64,000 bases of DNA, taken from a virus. This document shows positions 38,020-48,247 of this stretch, in pieces; position 1 is the first letter of the stretch; each line of letters begins with the position of its first letter. Under the pieces are notes generated by a model. The model made no database searches. It was not told where the DNA came from and was given only the letters and a program-made list of their open reading frames with translations. The stretch lies in IMG/VR virus record IMGVR_UViG_3300006841_000093, positions 1 through 64,000 of that record, one strand, 5' to 3'. A program made the position numbers and the translations under genes.

Positions 38020-40320
38020 ATGAAAATGGAATTAGCCAATAAACAGTCAAAGTCAATTCTGGCGAAACTTCTCGCCACAGAAAACGTGACTGTTGAACAC
38101 GGCAAATACAATACAGCATCATTTGACGTAAAGAATCGTGTCCTCAGACTTCCAATTTGGAAAGAGATGAGCGGGAATCTTTACGATTTACTTGTGCTAC
38201 ACGAAGTTGGACACGCCCTGTTCACTCCTGAAGAAGGTATGCACGATGCAAAAGGAGTTGGAAGGGGTTTCAAATCTTTTCTTAATGTAGTTGAAGATGC
38301 ACGAATTGAGAGAAAAATTAAAGTTAAATATCCAGGTGGTCGCCGTTCCTTTATTGAAGGATATTCGAATTTGATGGAACGAGATTTTTTCGGCCTCAAA
38401 GATATGGATATAAGTGGTTTGGGTTTGATTGACAAGATTAATCTTCACTACAAAGTGGGAGATCATGTTGATCTTACTTTTTCTGATGAAGAAAGTGTTT
38501 TTCTTGATAGAATTGATAAAGCAAATACTTGGAAAGAAGTTGTCAAGATTTGTGAAGATCTTTACGATTATGCAAAAGAAAATGAATCTGAAACCGATAT
38601 GTCTGACCACGATTGGGAAGAACAAATGATGGAAGGTGATGAAGAATCAGATGATTATTTTGAAGATTATGAAGATTCAGAAGATGATTCAGAAGAAAAT
38701 CCTATGGAGAATGAAGCCGGTGGAGAAAATGAAGAAGGCGAGGAAGAAGAAAAAGAAGGCGAAGGTTCTGAAAAAACTCCTGCAGATGAAGGTGAAGAAG
38801 CCTTAGAAGATGATATGAGATCATTTGGTGATGAAGGTGGAGAAGATGGAGATTTTGAGCCTGAGTCAAAGACCGATAACAATTTTAGGAATAATGAAAT
38901 AGAATTGGTTTCAGAAGAATCAAAGCCTTATCGATATGTTGATCTTCCAAACAAAGTTGATTTAAAGAAAATTATTGTTTCTCACAAAGAAATTTACGAG
39001 AAGTATGTAAAATATTATTCAGCAGGTTACACAAGCCGATATAGTGATGGAGTTACTGGTGATGAATTAAAGAACGAAGCTACAAAGTTATTTCAAGAGT
39101 TTCGTAGTAAGAATAAAAAAGTTGTTGAATATCTCGCAAAAGAGTTTGAGTTGAAAAAAGCAGCGAAAGAACACGCGAGAACAGCAACGGCTAATTCAGG
39201 AATACTTGATTCCGAAAGACTTTACACTTACAAGTATAATGAACATATTTTCAAAAAGTTGAATGTTGTTCCAGATGGAAAGAATCACGGCTTGGTAATG
39301 TTTGTCGATTGGTCTGGTTCAATGTCAAGAAATATGAAAGGAACTATCGAACAAATGATGACCTTAGTTATGTTTTGTAAGAGAGTCAACATTCCTTTTG
39401 AAGTATATGCCTTTAGTGATTCTTACACAAGGTATGATGATGAAGTTAAGAACAAGTGGTATCGTGATAATTATATGTCAGATGAAAGAATTATGGATCA
39501 TGGTACTGTAGCAGTTACTCGTTTCAATCTTTTGAACTTGTTTTCTTCAAAGATGAGAGCGAAAGAACTTCACGAAGCATATATCTATATGACAGCTACC
39601 GCAGAATATTATACTGACCGATACAGATGGGATAGATCACATGATTTTAATATTCCTGATGTGATGCATTTAGGTGGAACTCCTTTGAACTCTACTTTGT
39701 TTGTTGGATTTTCAGTAATGAGAGAATTTCAAAAGAAAAATCAAGTTGATGTTATTAACAGTATTTTTCTTACTGATGGTGATTCACATTCCAGCAATGG
39801 ATATTGGAATACTGAAGGAAAGATAAGTAATTTTGATATAAGAGATGAAAATGTTATTCTTAGAGATTCAGTTTCTAAAAAATCAGTAAGGTTACAATCA
39901 AACGGACATAATCGAACAAAAGATGTAACAACTTCATTAGTTAAATTTTATAGAGAGGTTTTTGATATTAATATTGTAAACTTCTTCTTGATAGGTAGTA
40001 TGAGAAAATACGATATGGCACATTACCTTGATTCTCAAAAAAGAGCAGAAGGAGAAATTTTGGGAGCCAATTACGAAGAAATAAATACCTCACTCAGAAA
40101 ATTTCGTAAAGACAAATATATGATTATGCCTGAAATGATGGGATTCAATGAGCAGTATTTGGTTCAAGGTGGAAAGGCCTTAGAAGTTGCAGATCAACCT
40201 TTGGAAGTTGCAGAAGGAGCAACAGTAGCCCAAATGGCAAAAGCATTTAAGAAGTTCTCTACTGGAAAATTACAAAACAGAAAGCTTCTTTCAAGATTTA
40301 TTGATATGGTAGCGGCGTAA
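38020..40320 (+). CDS. cobT: CobT-like protein (N-terminal HExxH metallopeptidase-like domain, acidic linker, vWA domain)
   Basis: 'LHEVGHAL', long D/E-rich linker, MIDAS 'VDWSGSM', 'GGTPL', 'FLTDG'. Confidence 0.8.
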   Translation: MKMELANKQSKSILAKLLATENVTVEHGKYNTASFDVKNRVLRLPIWKEMSGNLYDLLVLHEVGHALFTPEEGMHDAKGVGRGFKSFLNVVEDARIERKIKVKYPGGRRSFIEGYSNLMERDFFGLKDMDISGLGLIDKINLHYKVGDHVDLTFSDEESVFLDRIDKANTWKEVVKICEDLYDYAKENESETDMSDHDWEEQMMEGDEESDDYFEDYEDSEDDSEENPMENEAGGENEEGEEEEKEGEGSEKTPADEGEEALEDDMRSFGDEGGEDGDFEPESKTDNNFRNNEIELVSEESKPYRYVDLPNKVDLKKIIVSHKEIYEKYVKYYSAGYTSRYSDGVTGDELKNEATKLFQEFRSKNKKVVEYLAKEFELKKAAKEHARTATANSGILDSERLYTYKYNEHIFKKLNVVPDGKNHGLVMFVDWSGSMSRNMKGTIEQMMTLVMFCKRVNIPFEVYAFSDSYTRYDDEVKNKWYRDNYMSDERIMDHGTVAVTRFNLLNLFSSKMRAKELHEAYIYMTATAEYYTDRYRWDRSHDFNIPDVMHLGGTPLNSTLFVGFSVMREFQKKNQVDVINSIFLTDGDSHSSNGYWNTEGKISNFDIRDENVILRDSVSKKSVRLQSNGHNRTKDVTTSLVKFYREVFDINIVNFFLIGSMRKYDMAHYLDSQKRAEGEILGANYEEINTSLRKFRKDKYMIMPEMMGFNEQYLVQGGKALEVADQPLEVAEGATVAQMAKAFKKFSTGKLQNRKLLSRFIDMVAA

Positions 40321-40327
40321 AAAAATT

Positions 40328-40383
40328 GAATAAACACTTGACTTTTTACCCCAAACCGTGGTATAATATAATTAAACAATGAG
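40328..40383 (+). promoter_or_regulatory. Early promoter cassette copy 3 (TTGACT-N18-TATAAT ... AAACAATGAG)
   Basis: Near-identical to copies 2 and 4. Confidence 0.85.
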
Positions 40384-40421
40384 GGAATAATCCCAAAACC
40401 ATATAATGAGAGAAAAGTGAT

Positions 40422-41636
40422 ATGGAATATACTGACAAACAAATGAGTTTTCTTAGTGCAGCAGTTACCAAGTATGGTGAAGGCGCAGTTGTTTCTAAGG
40501 AAAACATTACAGAAACCGCCGAAGAAAATGGATTGAAATTTCCATTTTGGTTGACAGATACAAGGCGTATGGGTTCTTTTACTAAGGTTGATAAGGACAC
40601 ATACCGATTACCGGCGCTTAATGGTGGTGAGGGAGCTACAATAGCTGATGTTGTTGAAACAACAGTAGTAGTTGATAAAGCATCTGAAGTTGTCGTTGAA
40701 TCTAAGAATTCAGAAAGTTCAATGGATATGAGTACATATTTTAATCCAGCAGAATTGATTCCTAAAAAAGATCCGTTGTTTGTAGCACATGGACATTTTG
40801 GTGATTTGACTAAAGTTATTCAGTCAAGGAAATTCTATCCAGTATTTGAAACTGGAGAATCTGGAACTGGTAAAACTTATATGACCGAACAAGCGTGTGC
40901 CAAACTCAAGAGAGAATTTATCAGAGTAAACATTACTGTTGAAACCGATGAAGATGATCTTTTGGGTCACTACGCATTGATTGATGGTAATACAGTTTGG
41001 CAGGACGGCCCTGTAGTCATCGCAATGGAGCGTGGAGCAGTTCTTCTCCTTGATGAGATTGACTTGGCATCCAACAAAGTGATGTGTCTACAACCAATAC
41101 TTGAAGGTAAAGGTGTTTATCTGAAGAAGGTAAATCGAATGGTAAAACCAGCTGATGGTTTCACAGTAGTCGCAACCGCCAATACTAAAGGTAAAGGTTC
41201 TGAAGATGGAAGATTCGTTTTTACAAATATTTTGAACGAAGCTTTCCTTGAAAGATTTCCGATTACAATGGAAGTTGGATATCCTTCAGCACAAACCGAA
41301 AAGAAAATCGTGAACAAAGTTCTCGATTCACTTGGTGTTTCCGATACTGATTTTTCAGAAAAGTTAGTAAATTGGGCAAACGCCATTCGCAAGACTTTTT
41401 ATGATGGTGGAATTGACGAAGTTATCGCAACTCGCCGATTGGTTCATATCTCTAACGCATTCGCAATTTTCAGAGATAGAATGAAAGCCATTGAAATGTG
41501 TGTCAATCGTTTTGATGAAGACACAAAAACTAGTTTCTTGGATTTGTATTCCAAGATTGACGCCGGTGTTGACCTTGAAGAAACTGAAGAAGTTTCAGAA
41601 GAGGAATATCCCGAAGAAAATGTTAATCCTTATTAG
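40422..41636 (+). CDS. cobS: CobS/MoxR-like AAA+ ATPase
   Basis: 'GESGTGKT', 'LLLDEID', 'ATANTKGKGS.DGRF', 'LNEAFLERF'. Confidence 0.9.
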   Translation: MEYTDKQMSFLSAAVTKYGEGAVVSKENITETAEENGLKFPFWLTDTRRMGSFTKVDKDTYRLPALNGGEGATIADVVETTVVVDKASEVVVESKNSESSMDMSTYFNPAELIPKKDPLFVAHGHFGDLTKVIQSRKFYPVFETGESGTGKTYMTEQACAKLKREFIRVNITVETDEDDLLGHYALIDGNTVWQDGPVVIAMERGAVLLLDEIDLASNKVMCLQPILEGKGVYLKKVNRMVKPADGFTVVATANTKGKGSEDGRFVFTNILNEAFLERFPITMEVGYPSAQTEKKIVNKVLDSLGVSDTDFSEKLVNWANAIRKTFYDGGIDEVIATRRLVHISNAFAIFRDRMKAIEMCVNRFDEDTKTSFLDLYSKIDAGVDLEETEEVSEEEYPEENVNPY

Positions 41637-41644
41637 GAGAGATA

Positions 41645-41881
41645 ATGAAAATAAATGTTGAAACTCTTGTGGCAAATAACTATAAATATGTCGCAAGAGA
41701 TATGAATGGTGAAATTTACGCCTTTGAAAATGAACCGAGTCTCGCAACAGACATTGCTTGTGATACTTGGGATGTTAAAGAAGGTGAAATTTTAAAACTT
41801 ACTTCTGCAATCGAAGGAGAAACCGCAGTTGCGATTGATTCTGAGTTAGGTGATTGGAGAGATTCTTTAGTGGAGTTATAA
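41645..41881 (+). CDS. Hypothetical protein
   Basis: GGAG RBS; 'YKYVARDMNGEIYAFENEP'. Confidence 0.65.
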   Translation: MKINVETLVANNYKYVARDMNGEIYAFENEPSLATDIACDTWDVKEGEILKLTSAIEGETAVAIDSELGDWRDSLVEL

Positions 41882-41882
41882 T

Positions 41883-41969
41883 ATGAAAATGTGGTTAGAA
41901 GAAATAGGAACATTTGTCTTAATGATGGGATTGTTATATCTTGTCGTAGTATTAATGTTTAGTCTATAA
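41883..41969 (+). CDS. Small membrane peptide (28 aa, not in ORF track)
   Basis: MKMWLEEIGTFVLMMGLLYLVVVLMFSL; GGAG RBS upstream. Confidence 0.45.
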   Translation: MKMWLEEIGTFVLMMGLLYLVVVLMFSL

Positions 41970-41976
41970 AATAAAT

Positions 41977-42180
41977 ATGTTAACCTATATTTGGAGCCAA
42001 GGTATGGTCGATAAAATAGCAAAAAAAGTTGCTGAAGAACCAATAGAAGATATGAAGTCTCAGCACATTGATCACGTTGAAACTGAAAGATTAGTTGATC
42101 TTGCAAGAGAACGAGAACGTGATCGCAGACAAATGGAAATGTTTGATGATCCGTGGGAAAACTGGAGTGGACATCGATGA
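41977..42180 (+). CDS. Hypothetical protein
   Basis: ORF track; within a tightly packed small-gene run. Confidence 0.5.
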   Translation: MLTYIWSQGMVDKIAKKVAEEPIEDMKSQHIDHVETERLVDLARERERDRRQMEMFDDPWENWSGHR

Positions 42181-42274
42181 TAATTGGTTTATGGTGGGCA
42201 TATTTTTACATAAGAATAATGCTTTATTTACAATATGGAAACATTTAAAAATATGCTGACTGAGGAGAAGTTTA

Positions 42275-42496
42275 ATGAAAGCAATACTTGAATTTGAATT
42301 TCCAAGAGATCAGATAAAATTTGATACAGCTTCAAGGGGTTTGGATTGGGCACTTGTAGTGCGGGATATGGATCAAATAATGCACAAGAAGGTGAAATAT
42401 TCAGAACTATCCAATGAGGCCAAATTGGCGATAGAACAACTTAGATTAACAATGAGTGATATGTTAATTAATAGGGGGTTACTATATCCAGAATAA
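42275..42496 (+). CDS. Hypothetical protein
   Basis: GAGGAG RBS; 'MKAILEFEFPRDQ' is a common phage small-protein start. Confidence 0.7.
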   Translation: MKAILEFEFPRDQIKFDTASRGLDWALVVRDMDQIMHKKVKYSELSNEAKLAIEQLRLTMSDMLINRGLLYPE

Positions 42497-42513
42497 ATTT
42501 AAAAGAGATAATT

Positions 42514-42648
42514 ATGAATCCGTTTAAACCAAATACTAGTAGAGTTGATAAACTAGAAAACCAAATAATAAATCTCAGAGAACGGGTAGCAACGTTGGAA
42601 AGAGATTTACATTTTTTTATGAGACATTATGAAAAAAGCAACGATTGA
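42514..42648 (+). CDS. Small coiled-coil hypothetical protein (44 aa, not in ORF track)
   Basis: MNPFKPNTSRVDKLENQIINLRERVATLERDLHFFMRHYEKSND. Confidence 0.45.
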   Translation: MNPFKPNTSRVDKLENQIINLRERVATLERDLHFFMRHYEKSND

Positions 42649-42811
42649 AATTTTACATGAAGGTGAAACTATTTTTGGTTCTCCTACAAATGGTCCATAT
42701 TTTGTACAGGAATATGAAAACGGAGAAGTGATGGGCGCCAGTTTCCACAAGTATCTTCACGATGCAGTATCTCATGTAAAGAAATATCAGGAGATGGATT
42801 ATGAAGATTAA
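42629..42811 (+). CDS. Hypothetical protein
   Basis: ORF track; overlaps its neighbours in operon style. Confidence 0.55.
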   Translation: MKKATIEILHEGETIFGSPTNGPYFVQEYENGEVMGASFHKYLHDAVSHVKKYQEMDYED

Positions 42812-43136
42812 TGAATTTATACAGAAGTACAGAACAGTTAAAAAAATTATTCCAGGCATGACTAGTAGTTATTGTCCTTATGTGATTTGTAAAGATGGAT
42901 TTAAAATGTCTGTTCAAGCAGGACAATCTAATTATAGTGAACCGAAAGAGGTGGCAGATCATTACGAAGAAGCTGAAGTTGGTTATCCATCTAAAGAAGA
43001 ACATTTACTTGCAAGGTATGCAGAAGACGGCGAAAATCTTTGTGATACTGTATATGGTTATGTTCCGTGTTCAGTCATTGATAAAGTGATTGAAAAACAT
43101 GGTGGAATAGATGAGTCTAAAATTAAAAGTATATAA
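42801..43136 (+). CDS. Conserved phage hypothetical protein
   Basis: 'CKDGFKMSVQAG..YSEP...EVGYPS...VYGYVP'. Confidence 0.7.
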   Translation: MKINEFIQKYRTVKKIIPGMTSSYCPYVICKDGFKMSVQAGQSNYSEPKEVADHYEEAEVGYPSKEEHLLARYAEDGENLCDTVYGYVPCSVIDKVIEKHGGIDESKIKSI

Positions 43137-43139
43137 ATA
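43132..43139 (+). promoter_or_regulatory. T4-type late promoter (TATAAATA)
   Basis: Exact match upstream of the GT-like gene at 43181. Confidence 0.6.
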
Positions 43140-43180
43140 TTTTAGTGATATTGATTATTAATTTATAATAGGAAAGTGAA

Positions 43181-44128
43181 ATGAAAATTTCTATTGATAT
43201 AAATGAATTAAGAGAAAAGAAAATATTTGTAGGTACACCGATGTATGGTGGAATGTGTACGGGAATGTACACTAAAGCATCAGCTGATTTAGCAACCACT
43301 GCTACAAAATATGGTATGGACATAAAGTTCTTTTATCTCTTTAATGAAAGTTTAATTACAAGAGCAAGAAATTATCTAGTCGATGAATTTTTGCGTTCCC
43401 CATATACCCACCTGATGTTCATTGATTCGGACATTAATTTTAATCCACAAGATGTATTAGCACTCGCTTCATTGTGTAATGAGGACAAACCTATTATTGG
43501 TGGTCCGTACCCAAAGAAATGTATTGCATGGGAAAAAGTTCGAAACGCAGTTGATGCAGGACTTGCAGATGAAAATCCCAATGAGTTAGAAAAATATACT
43601 GGTGATTTTGTATTTAATCCAACAGCAGGAACAACTCAAATTAAAATCGATGAACCTACAGAAGTATTAGAAGTTGGTACTGGATTTGTAATGATTAGGC
43701 GAGAAGTGTTTGAAAAATTTAGAGAAGAATATCCTCAATTTTCATATAAGCCAGATCATAACCGCTCAGAACATTTTGATGGTTCACGTTATATACACGC
43801 CTTTTTTGATACTGTCATTGATAATGATACTTATGCAGGAAAAGGTTCAGGAGGTTCAGATCGTTATTTGTCTGAAGATTATATGTTTTGTCAATGGTCT
43901 AGAAAGATTGGTTTTACAACTTGGTTGTGCCCCTGGATGGAAGTAAATCATGTAGGTACTTATGTGTTTAATGGAACATTAAAAGAATTAGGTAAGTTAG
44001 AATATGCTTCACATGGTGTAGATATTACAACTAGACCTCAACAAGAAGAACGAAAGAAAAATAGAGCAGAAAGGAGGGCTGAAGCAAAGAAAGGAAAGAA
44101 GAAAAAAATAACGCAACCTCATGGTTGA
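43181..44128 (+). CDS. Glycosyltransferase-A-fold-like conserved protein
   Basis: 'IFVGTPMYGG', 'ESLITRARN', DxD 'FIDSDI', 'GTGFVMIRREVF', 'LSEDY.FC'. Confidence 0.7.
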   Translation: MKISIDINELREKKIFVGTPMYGGMCTGMYTKASADLATTATKYGMDIKFFYLFNESLITRARNYLVDEFLRSPYTHLMFIDSDINFNPQDVLALASLCNEDKPIIGGPYPKKCIAWEKVRNAVDAGLADENPNELEKYTGDFVFNPTAGTTQIKIDEPTEVLEVGTGFVMIRREVFEKFREEYPQFSYKPDHNRSEHFDGSRYIHAFFDTVIDNDTYAGKGSGGSDRYLSEDYMFCQWSRKIGFTTWLCPWMEVNHVGTYVFNGTLKELGKLEYASHGVDITTRPQQEERKKNRAERRAEAKKGKKKKITQPHG

Positions 44129-44152
44129 CAAATCAAAAATATATGTTATAAT
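44125..44152 (+). promoter_or_regulatory. Sigma70-like promoter (TTGACA-N16-TATAAT) for gp45
   Basis: TTGACA at 44125, TATAAT at 44147. Confidence 0.8.
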
Positions 44153-44191
44153 AAGAGAATATACAGTTAATAAATCAACATACGGAGTTAT

Positions 44192-44851
44192 ATGAAACTT
44201 ACAGCAGAAACAGTCGCGATACTTAAAAATTACGCAGCAATAAATCAAAACATACAGTTTAAGGAAGGTAAGACATTATCAACCATTTCCCCCCAAAAAA
44301 ATATTTTATCAAGTGCAGAAATTAGTGAAGAGATTTCACAAACATTTGCTATCTATGATCTTAATAGATTATTAGCGGCAATGAGTGCTTATGATAAAAT
44401 TCCAGAATTAATACTTGAAGAGAATCGATTGTTAATTAATGGTCAAACAAAATATACTTATGGTGATCCGGCCATGTTAGTATTACCTCCAGAGAAAAAA
44501 CTTGATTTTCCGGAGCCGGAGATACAATTTAAAATGCCAAAAGATAAGTATGATATGTGTTTGAAAATGGCATCGATTTTACAAGTTCCAGAATTAGTTG
44601 TACAAGGAGATGGAAGTAAAATATTTTTAGTTGCAACTGATACTAATAATTCTTCAGCAGATCAACATCCAGAAGAAGTTGGAACTACAGATAAACAATT
44701 TCAGATGGTTTTCAAGATTGAAAATATGAAACTTTTAAGTGGAAATTATGAAGTTGGAATCTCTTCTAAAGGTATTTCACATTTTTCACATGAACATTCT
44801 AAATTACAATATTGGATAGCAACAGAACAAAATTCAACGTTTAATGGATAA
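44192..44851 (+). CDS. gp45: Sliding clamp
   Basis: 'MKLTAETVAILKNYAAINQNI', 'FAIYDLNRLL', 'FKIENMKLLSGNYEV', 'YWIATE'. Confidence 0.95.
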   Translation: MKLTAETVAILKNYAAINQNIQFKEGKTLSTISPQKNILSSAEISEEISQTFAIYDLNRLLAAMSAYDKIPELILEENRLLINGQTKYTYGDPAMLVLPPEKKLDFPEPEIQFKMPKDKYDMCLKMASILQVPELVVQGDGSKIFLVATDTNNSSADQHPEEVGTTDKQFQMVFKIENMKLLSGNYEVGISSKGISHFSHEHSKLQYWIATEQNSTFNG

Positions 44852-44853
44852 AC

Positions 44854-45792
44854 ATGGAAAACTTTTTATGGGTCGAAGAATTCCGTCCTAAGACTGTAGC
44901 GGATTGTATTCTTATAGAACCAACTAAAGAAGTCTTTCAAGGTTTCGTTGATGATGGTAAAATTCCTAATTTACTTTTATCTGGCGGAGCGGGAGTAGGT
45001 AAAACTACTGTTGCTCGTGCTATGTGTGATGAAATTGGTGTAGACCATTTAATGATCAACGGATCTAATGAGGGAAGAAATATAGATACAGTAAGAACTA
45101 CTTTACAACAATACTGTAGTTCAGTTTCCATGTCAGGTGGAAGAAAAGTAGTAATAGTCGATGAGGCAGATTATATGAATGCTGATTCGGTACAACCTGC
45201 ATTAAGGGGGTTCATTGAAAAATTTAGTGCCAATGTTAGTTTTATCTTTACTTGTAATTTCCGTAATCGGATTATTGATCCTATCCATAGTCGTTGCTCT
45301 GTAGTAGAATTTATTACTCCAAGATCAGAGAAACCAAAACTCGCTCAAGAGTGTTTAGTTAGGGTTAAAGAAATTCTAACACAAAAAGGAATTAAGTTTG
45401 AAGAAAAAGTACTTGCAGAATTAGTTTTGAAACATTTTCCAGATATGAGGAGAGTGATAAATGAACTTCAAAGATATGCAGCGGGTGGAATTATTGATGC
45501 CGGTATCTTAGCACAGATTGGTGAAATCAATCTTCTTGAACTGATGAAGGCGTTGAAGGAAAAACATTTTTCAGAAGTTCGTAAATGGGTTACACAAAAT
45601 ATCGATAATGATCCAGTAAAGATTTTTAGAAAGATTTATGATGGTGTACATGAACATCTCAAAGATACTTCAATTCCACAAGCTGTTCTTGTTATTGCAG
45701 AATATCAATATAAATCTGCGTTTGTTGCAGATCAAGAAATTAACTTAGTTGCCTGTCTCACAGAGATGATGGTTGATTGCGAGTTTAAATGA
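44854..45792 (+). CDS. gp44: Clamp loader large subunit
   Basis: 'LWVEEFRPK', 'GGAGVGKTT', 'VDEAD', 'IIDPIHSRC', 'ADQEINLVACLTE'. Confidence 0.97.
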   Translation: MENFLWVEEFRPKTVADCILIEPTKEVFQGFVDDGKIPNLLLSGGAGVGKTTVARAMCDEIGVDHLMINGSNEGRNIDTVRTTLQQYCSSVSMSGGRKVVIVDEADYMNADSVQPALRGFIEKFSANVSFIFTCNFRNRIIDPIHSRCSVVEFITPRSEKPKLAQECLVRVKEILTQKGIKFEEKVLAELVLKHFPDMRRVINELQRYAAGGIIDAGILAQIGEINLLELMKALKEKHFSEVRKWVTQNIDNDPVKIFRKIYDGVHEHLKDTSIPQAVLVIAEYQYKSAFVADQEINLVACLTEMMVDCEFK

Positions 45793-47237
45793 ACGAAGAA
45801 CTATTAAAAATATATGAAGATAATACAAATGAATATGGATTGCCGGTATTCGATTTATTTACTTGGCAAAATATAAATACAAAATATATTGATCCTGATA
45901 CTTCTTTGCCTATGTCTAAACGGGCTAAAGTCATGATCGATACTATGATACATTTCTTTGAAAAACACAAACCTAAATTTCCATTTAGAGATTTTGATGA
46001 GCACGATGTTAGACAAAACTTTTATACTTTATGTAATCTCAATCTAAAAGATAATATCTTCCCTAAAGAAAAATGTAAAACTGTACATGAAAAATACGAT
46101 GACTATGTAGGAAATTTTCCAGAATGGGGAATGGGTATTTTAAATTTTAGTTCAAATTATAATAATATTTCAGATATGTTCATGAATCGTGAACGAATGA
46201 AATGTAGTTATGATCGTTCACCTAGCCCAATTACTATGTGGAATGATCAAACAGATTTAAAACAAATTCTTTCTCCAATATGGAGACTTCATCCTGATTG
46301 TGGAATGCCACTCAAGAATAATTTATATATTGAGGGTGTTAGAGTCGGAGCATATTTTGCTACTCAGTTTAAACCTTCAGTAGCAAAAGCCTTTTATGAT
46401 TTTACTAAGTCTAAAAAAGTTCTTGACACAAGTTCAGGATGGGGTGATCGAATGGCAGGATTCTTTGCATCAAATGCCGAAGAATATTATGGTATGGACC
46501 CGAATGGTGATCTACATCAAAACTATCACTCAATGGCCGTACAATATAATAATTGGTTAGGTGCAGAGAATCCCCAAACTACAACTGGAGATAATTGGTT
46601 TCAAGTTGAAGGTAAAAAGAAAGTAAAAATTTATAGATCACCGGCAGAGGATTTGCCGTGGGATGAAATTCCAGATGATATTGATATCATGTTTAGTTCA
46701 CCTCCGTATTTTGCTACTGAAAAATATGCAGAAGGAAGCAAGTTCGAAAATGATCAATCATGGAGTCGTTATAATTCTTATGAAGCATGGAGAGATGGGT
46801 TTTATCTTCCAGTAATGAAAAAAGCATTTGAGAAATTATCTCCCGGTGGATGGTTAATGGTGAATATCATGGACCCAAAAGTTAAAGGTAAAAGACATAA
46901 ATCTTGTGATGATTTGGTAAATGATCTTAAAGAATATTTTGTAGGTCAAATTGGAATGAGAATTATGGCTAGACCTAAAAGTATTAAATCTTTTGAGGGA
47001 GATACCCATGAAGAAAGAAAAGCAAAATATGATGAATGGCAAGCAAAATGGTTTATTGAATCAGTTTGGTGTTTTAGAAAGCCTGATCCTAGTAATAATA
47101 ATGTTGATATCTTTGCTCCTTATAAAGATTCTACTTTGGATGGCATGGGGCCAATCGTTGTTCAACAACCTATTAAAAAGAAAAAGTTATCAGAAGCAAC
47201 AACTGAGAAATCTTCATTAGAGGGGTTTTTTGATTAA
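45789..47237 (+). CDS. Amino-DNA methyltransferase-like protein (SPPY type), copy 2
   Basis: 'DTSSGWGDRMAG', 'FSSPPYF'; C-terminal KSSLEGFFD. Confidence 0.85.
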   Translation: MNEELLKIYEDNTNEYGLPVFDLFTWQNINTKYIDPDTSLPMSKRAKVMIDTMIHFFEKHKPKFPFRDFDEHDVRQNFYTLCNLNLKDNIFPKEKCKTVHEKYDDYVGNFPEWGMGILNFSSNYNNISDMFMNRERMKCSYDRSPSPITMWNDQTDLKQILSPIWRLHPDCGMPLKNNLYIEGVRVGAYFATQFKPSVAKAFYDFTKSKKVLDTSSGWGDRMAGFFASNAEEYYGMDPNGDLHQNYHSMAVQYNNWLGAENPQTTTGDNWFQVEGKKKVKIYRSPAEDLPWDEIPDDIDIMFSSPPYFATEKYAEGSKFENDQSWSRYNSYEAWRDGFYLPVMKKAFEKLSPGGWLMVNIMDPKVKGKRHKSCDDLVNDLKEYFVGQIGMRIMARPKSIKSFEGDTHEERKAKYDEWQAKWFIESVWCFRKPDPSNNNVDIFAPYKDSTLDGMGPIVVQQPIKKKKLSEATTEKSSLEGFFD

Positions 47238-48036
47238 TGAAATCACACCATTAGAACAGTATAAAATAAAAGATAAAACTGTTCATGTAAAACGTGATGA
47301 TCTCATGGGAGATGGAGTTGAACATCCACCGTGGGGTAAACTGACTGCTCTACGTAAGGTGTTAGAGACTATTAATCCTCAAAAACCATTAATACATCTT
47401 TCTGTTTATGGGTCTTGGTCTGGATGGGCACTCTCTGAAGTGTCAAAAGAATTAGATTATGAATTTATTATGGCCTATCCTGACTCTAAGAAATTCCCAA
47501 AACATATTTTAGACAAATCAGAAAATGTTCTTCCTATTAAACCTAATATGATGAACGTGATGTATAATAAAGTGGGACAGATAGCAAGAGAAAAAGATTA
47601 CATTAGATTACCATATGCGTTTGATCATCTAGAGTATATTAAAACACAAAAAGCTAGACTATACGAAGTTAAACAAGAATTAGAGTTTGATCATTTAGTA
47701 GTTTCTTCTGGATCGGGAGTTACTTGTCTTGGAATGGTGATGGAACATGAACCGTGGCCACAATTATTTGATACAGGAAATACAAGAACTTTTCATACTG
47801 TATGTGTATCAAGTGAAGGAACTATTAAAAAGAAATTTAAAAAATATGGTATCGAACCAACAGAACAAGTTGAAATAGTCAAGAGTAAATTTGCATTTGA
47901 TGATATGATGGATTCGTATGAAACTCCATTTCCTTGTAATGAATTTTGGGATAAGAAGGCTTGGTATTGGTTAGAACAAAACATTGACAAATTTAAAGGT
48001 GAAATTTTATTTTGGAATCTGGGAGGTAACTGGTGA
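47230..48036 (+). CDS. PLP-dependent fold-type II enzyme (ACC deaminase/D-cysteine desulfhydrase-like)
   Basis: 'ITPLEQ...VHVKRDDL...WGKL', 'VVSSGSGVT', 'ILFWNLGG'. Confidence 0.75.
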   Translation: MINEITPLEQYKIKDKTVHVKRDDLMGDGVEHPPWGKLTALRKVLETINPQKPLIHLSVYGSWSGWALSEVSKELDYEFIMAYPDSKKFPKHILDKSENVLPIKPNMMNVMYNKVGQIAREKDYIRLPYAFDHLEYIKTQKARLYEVKQELEFDHLVVSSGSGVTCLGMVMEHEPWPQLFDTGNTRTFHTVCVSSEGTIKKKFKKYGIEPTEQVEIVKSKFAFDDMMDSYETPFPCNEFWDKKAWYWLEQNIDKFKGEILFWNLGGNW

Positions 48037-48245
48037 AAAAATTAGATGAAGATGTAATTAGAGTTTGTGGATGGGTATGTTCTTTGTTATGTGTATTAAT
48101 AGGATCATATTTTGTTTGGCCACACATTCATGTAGCACTATTAGGAATTGCATTTTTTTACTTTGCAGTGAGAATTTTCAATTTCTCCACTTTTAAAGAA
48201 TACGCAGAAGATCGTAAAAAACTTTTACATAGATTACAGGGGTAA
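48033..48245 (+). CDS. Small membrane protein (2 TM)
   Basis: Two hydrophobic stretches; overlaps the upstream stop. Confidence 0.55.
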   Translation: MKKLDEDVIRVCGWVCSLLCVLIGSYFVWPHIHVALLGIAFFYFAVRIFNFSTFKEYAEDRKKLLHRLQG

Positions 48246-48247
48246 CT

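Noticed and set aside
38620-38870. Acidic low-complexity stretch in the CobT-like gene as a repeat element
   Set aside because: It is the usual D/E-rich linker of CobT-like proteins, with no discrete repeat unit
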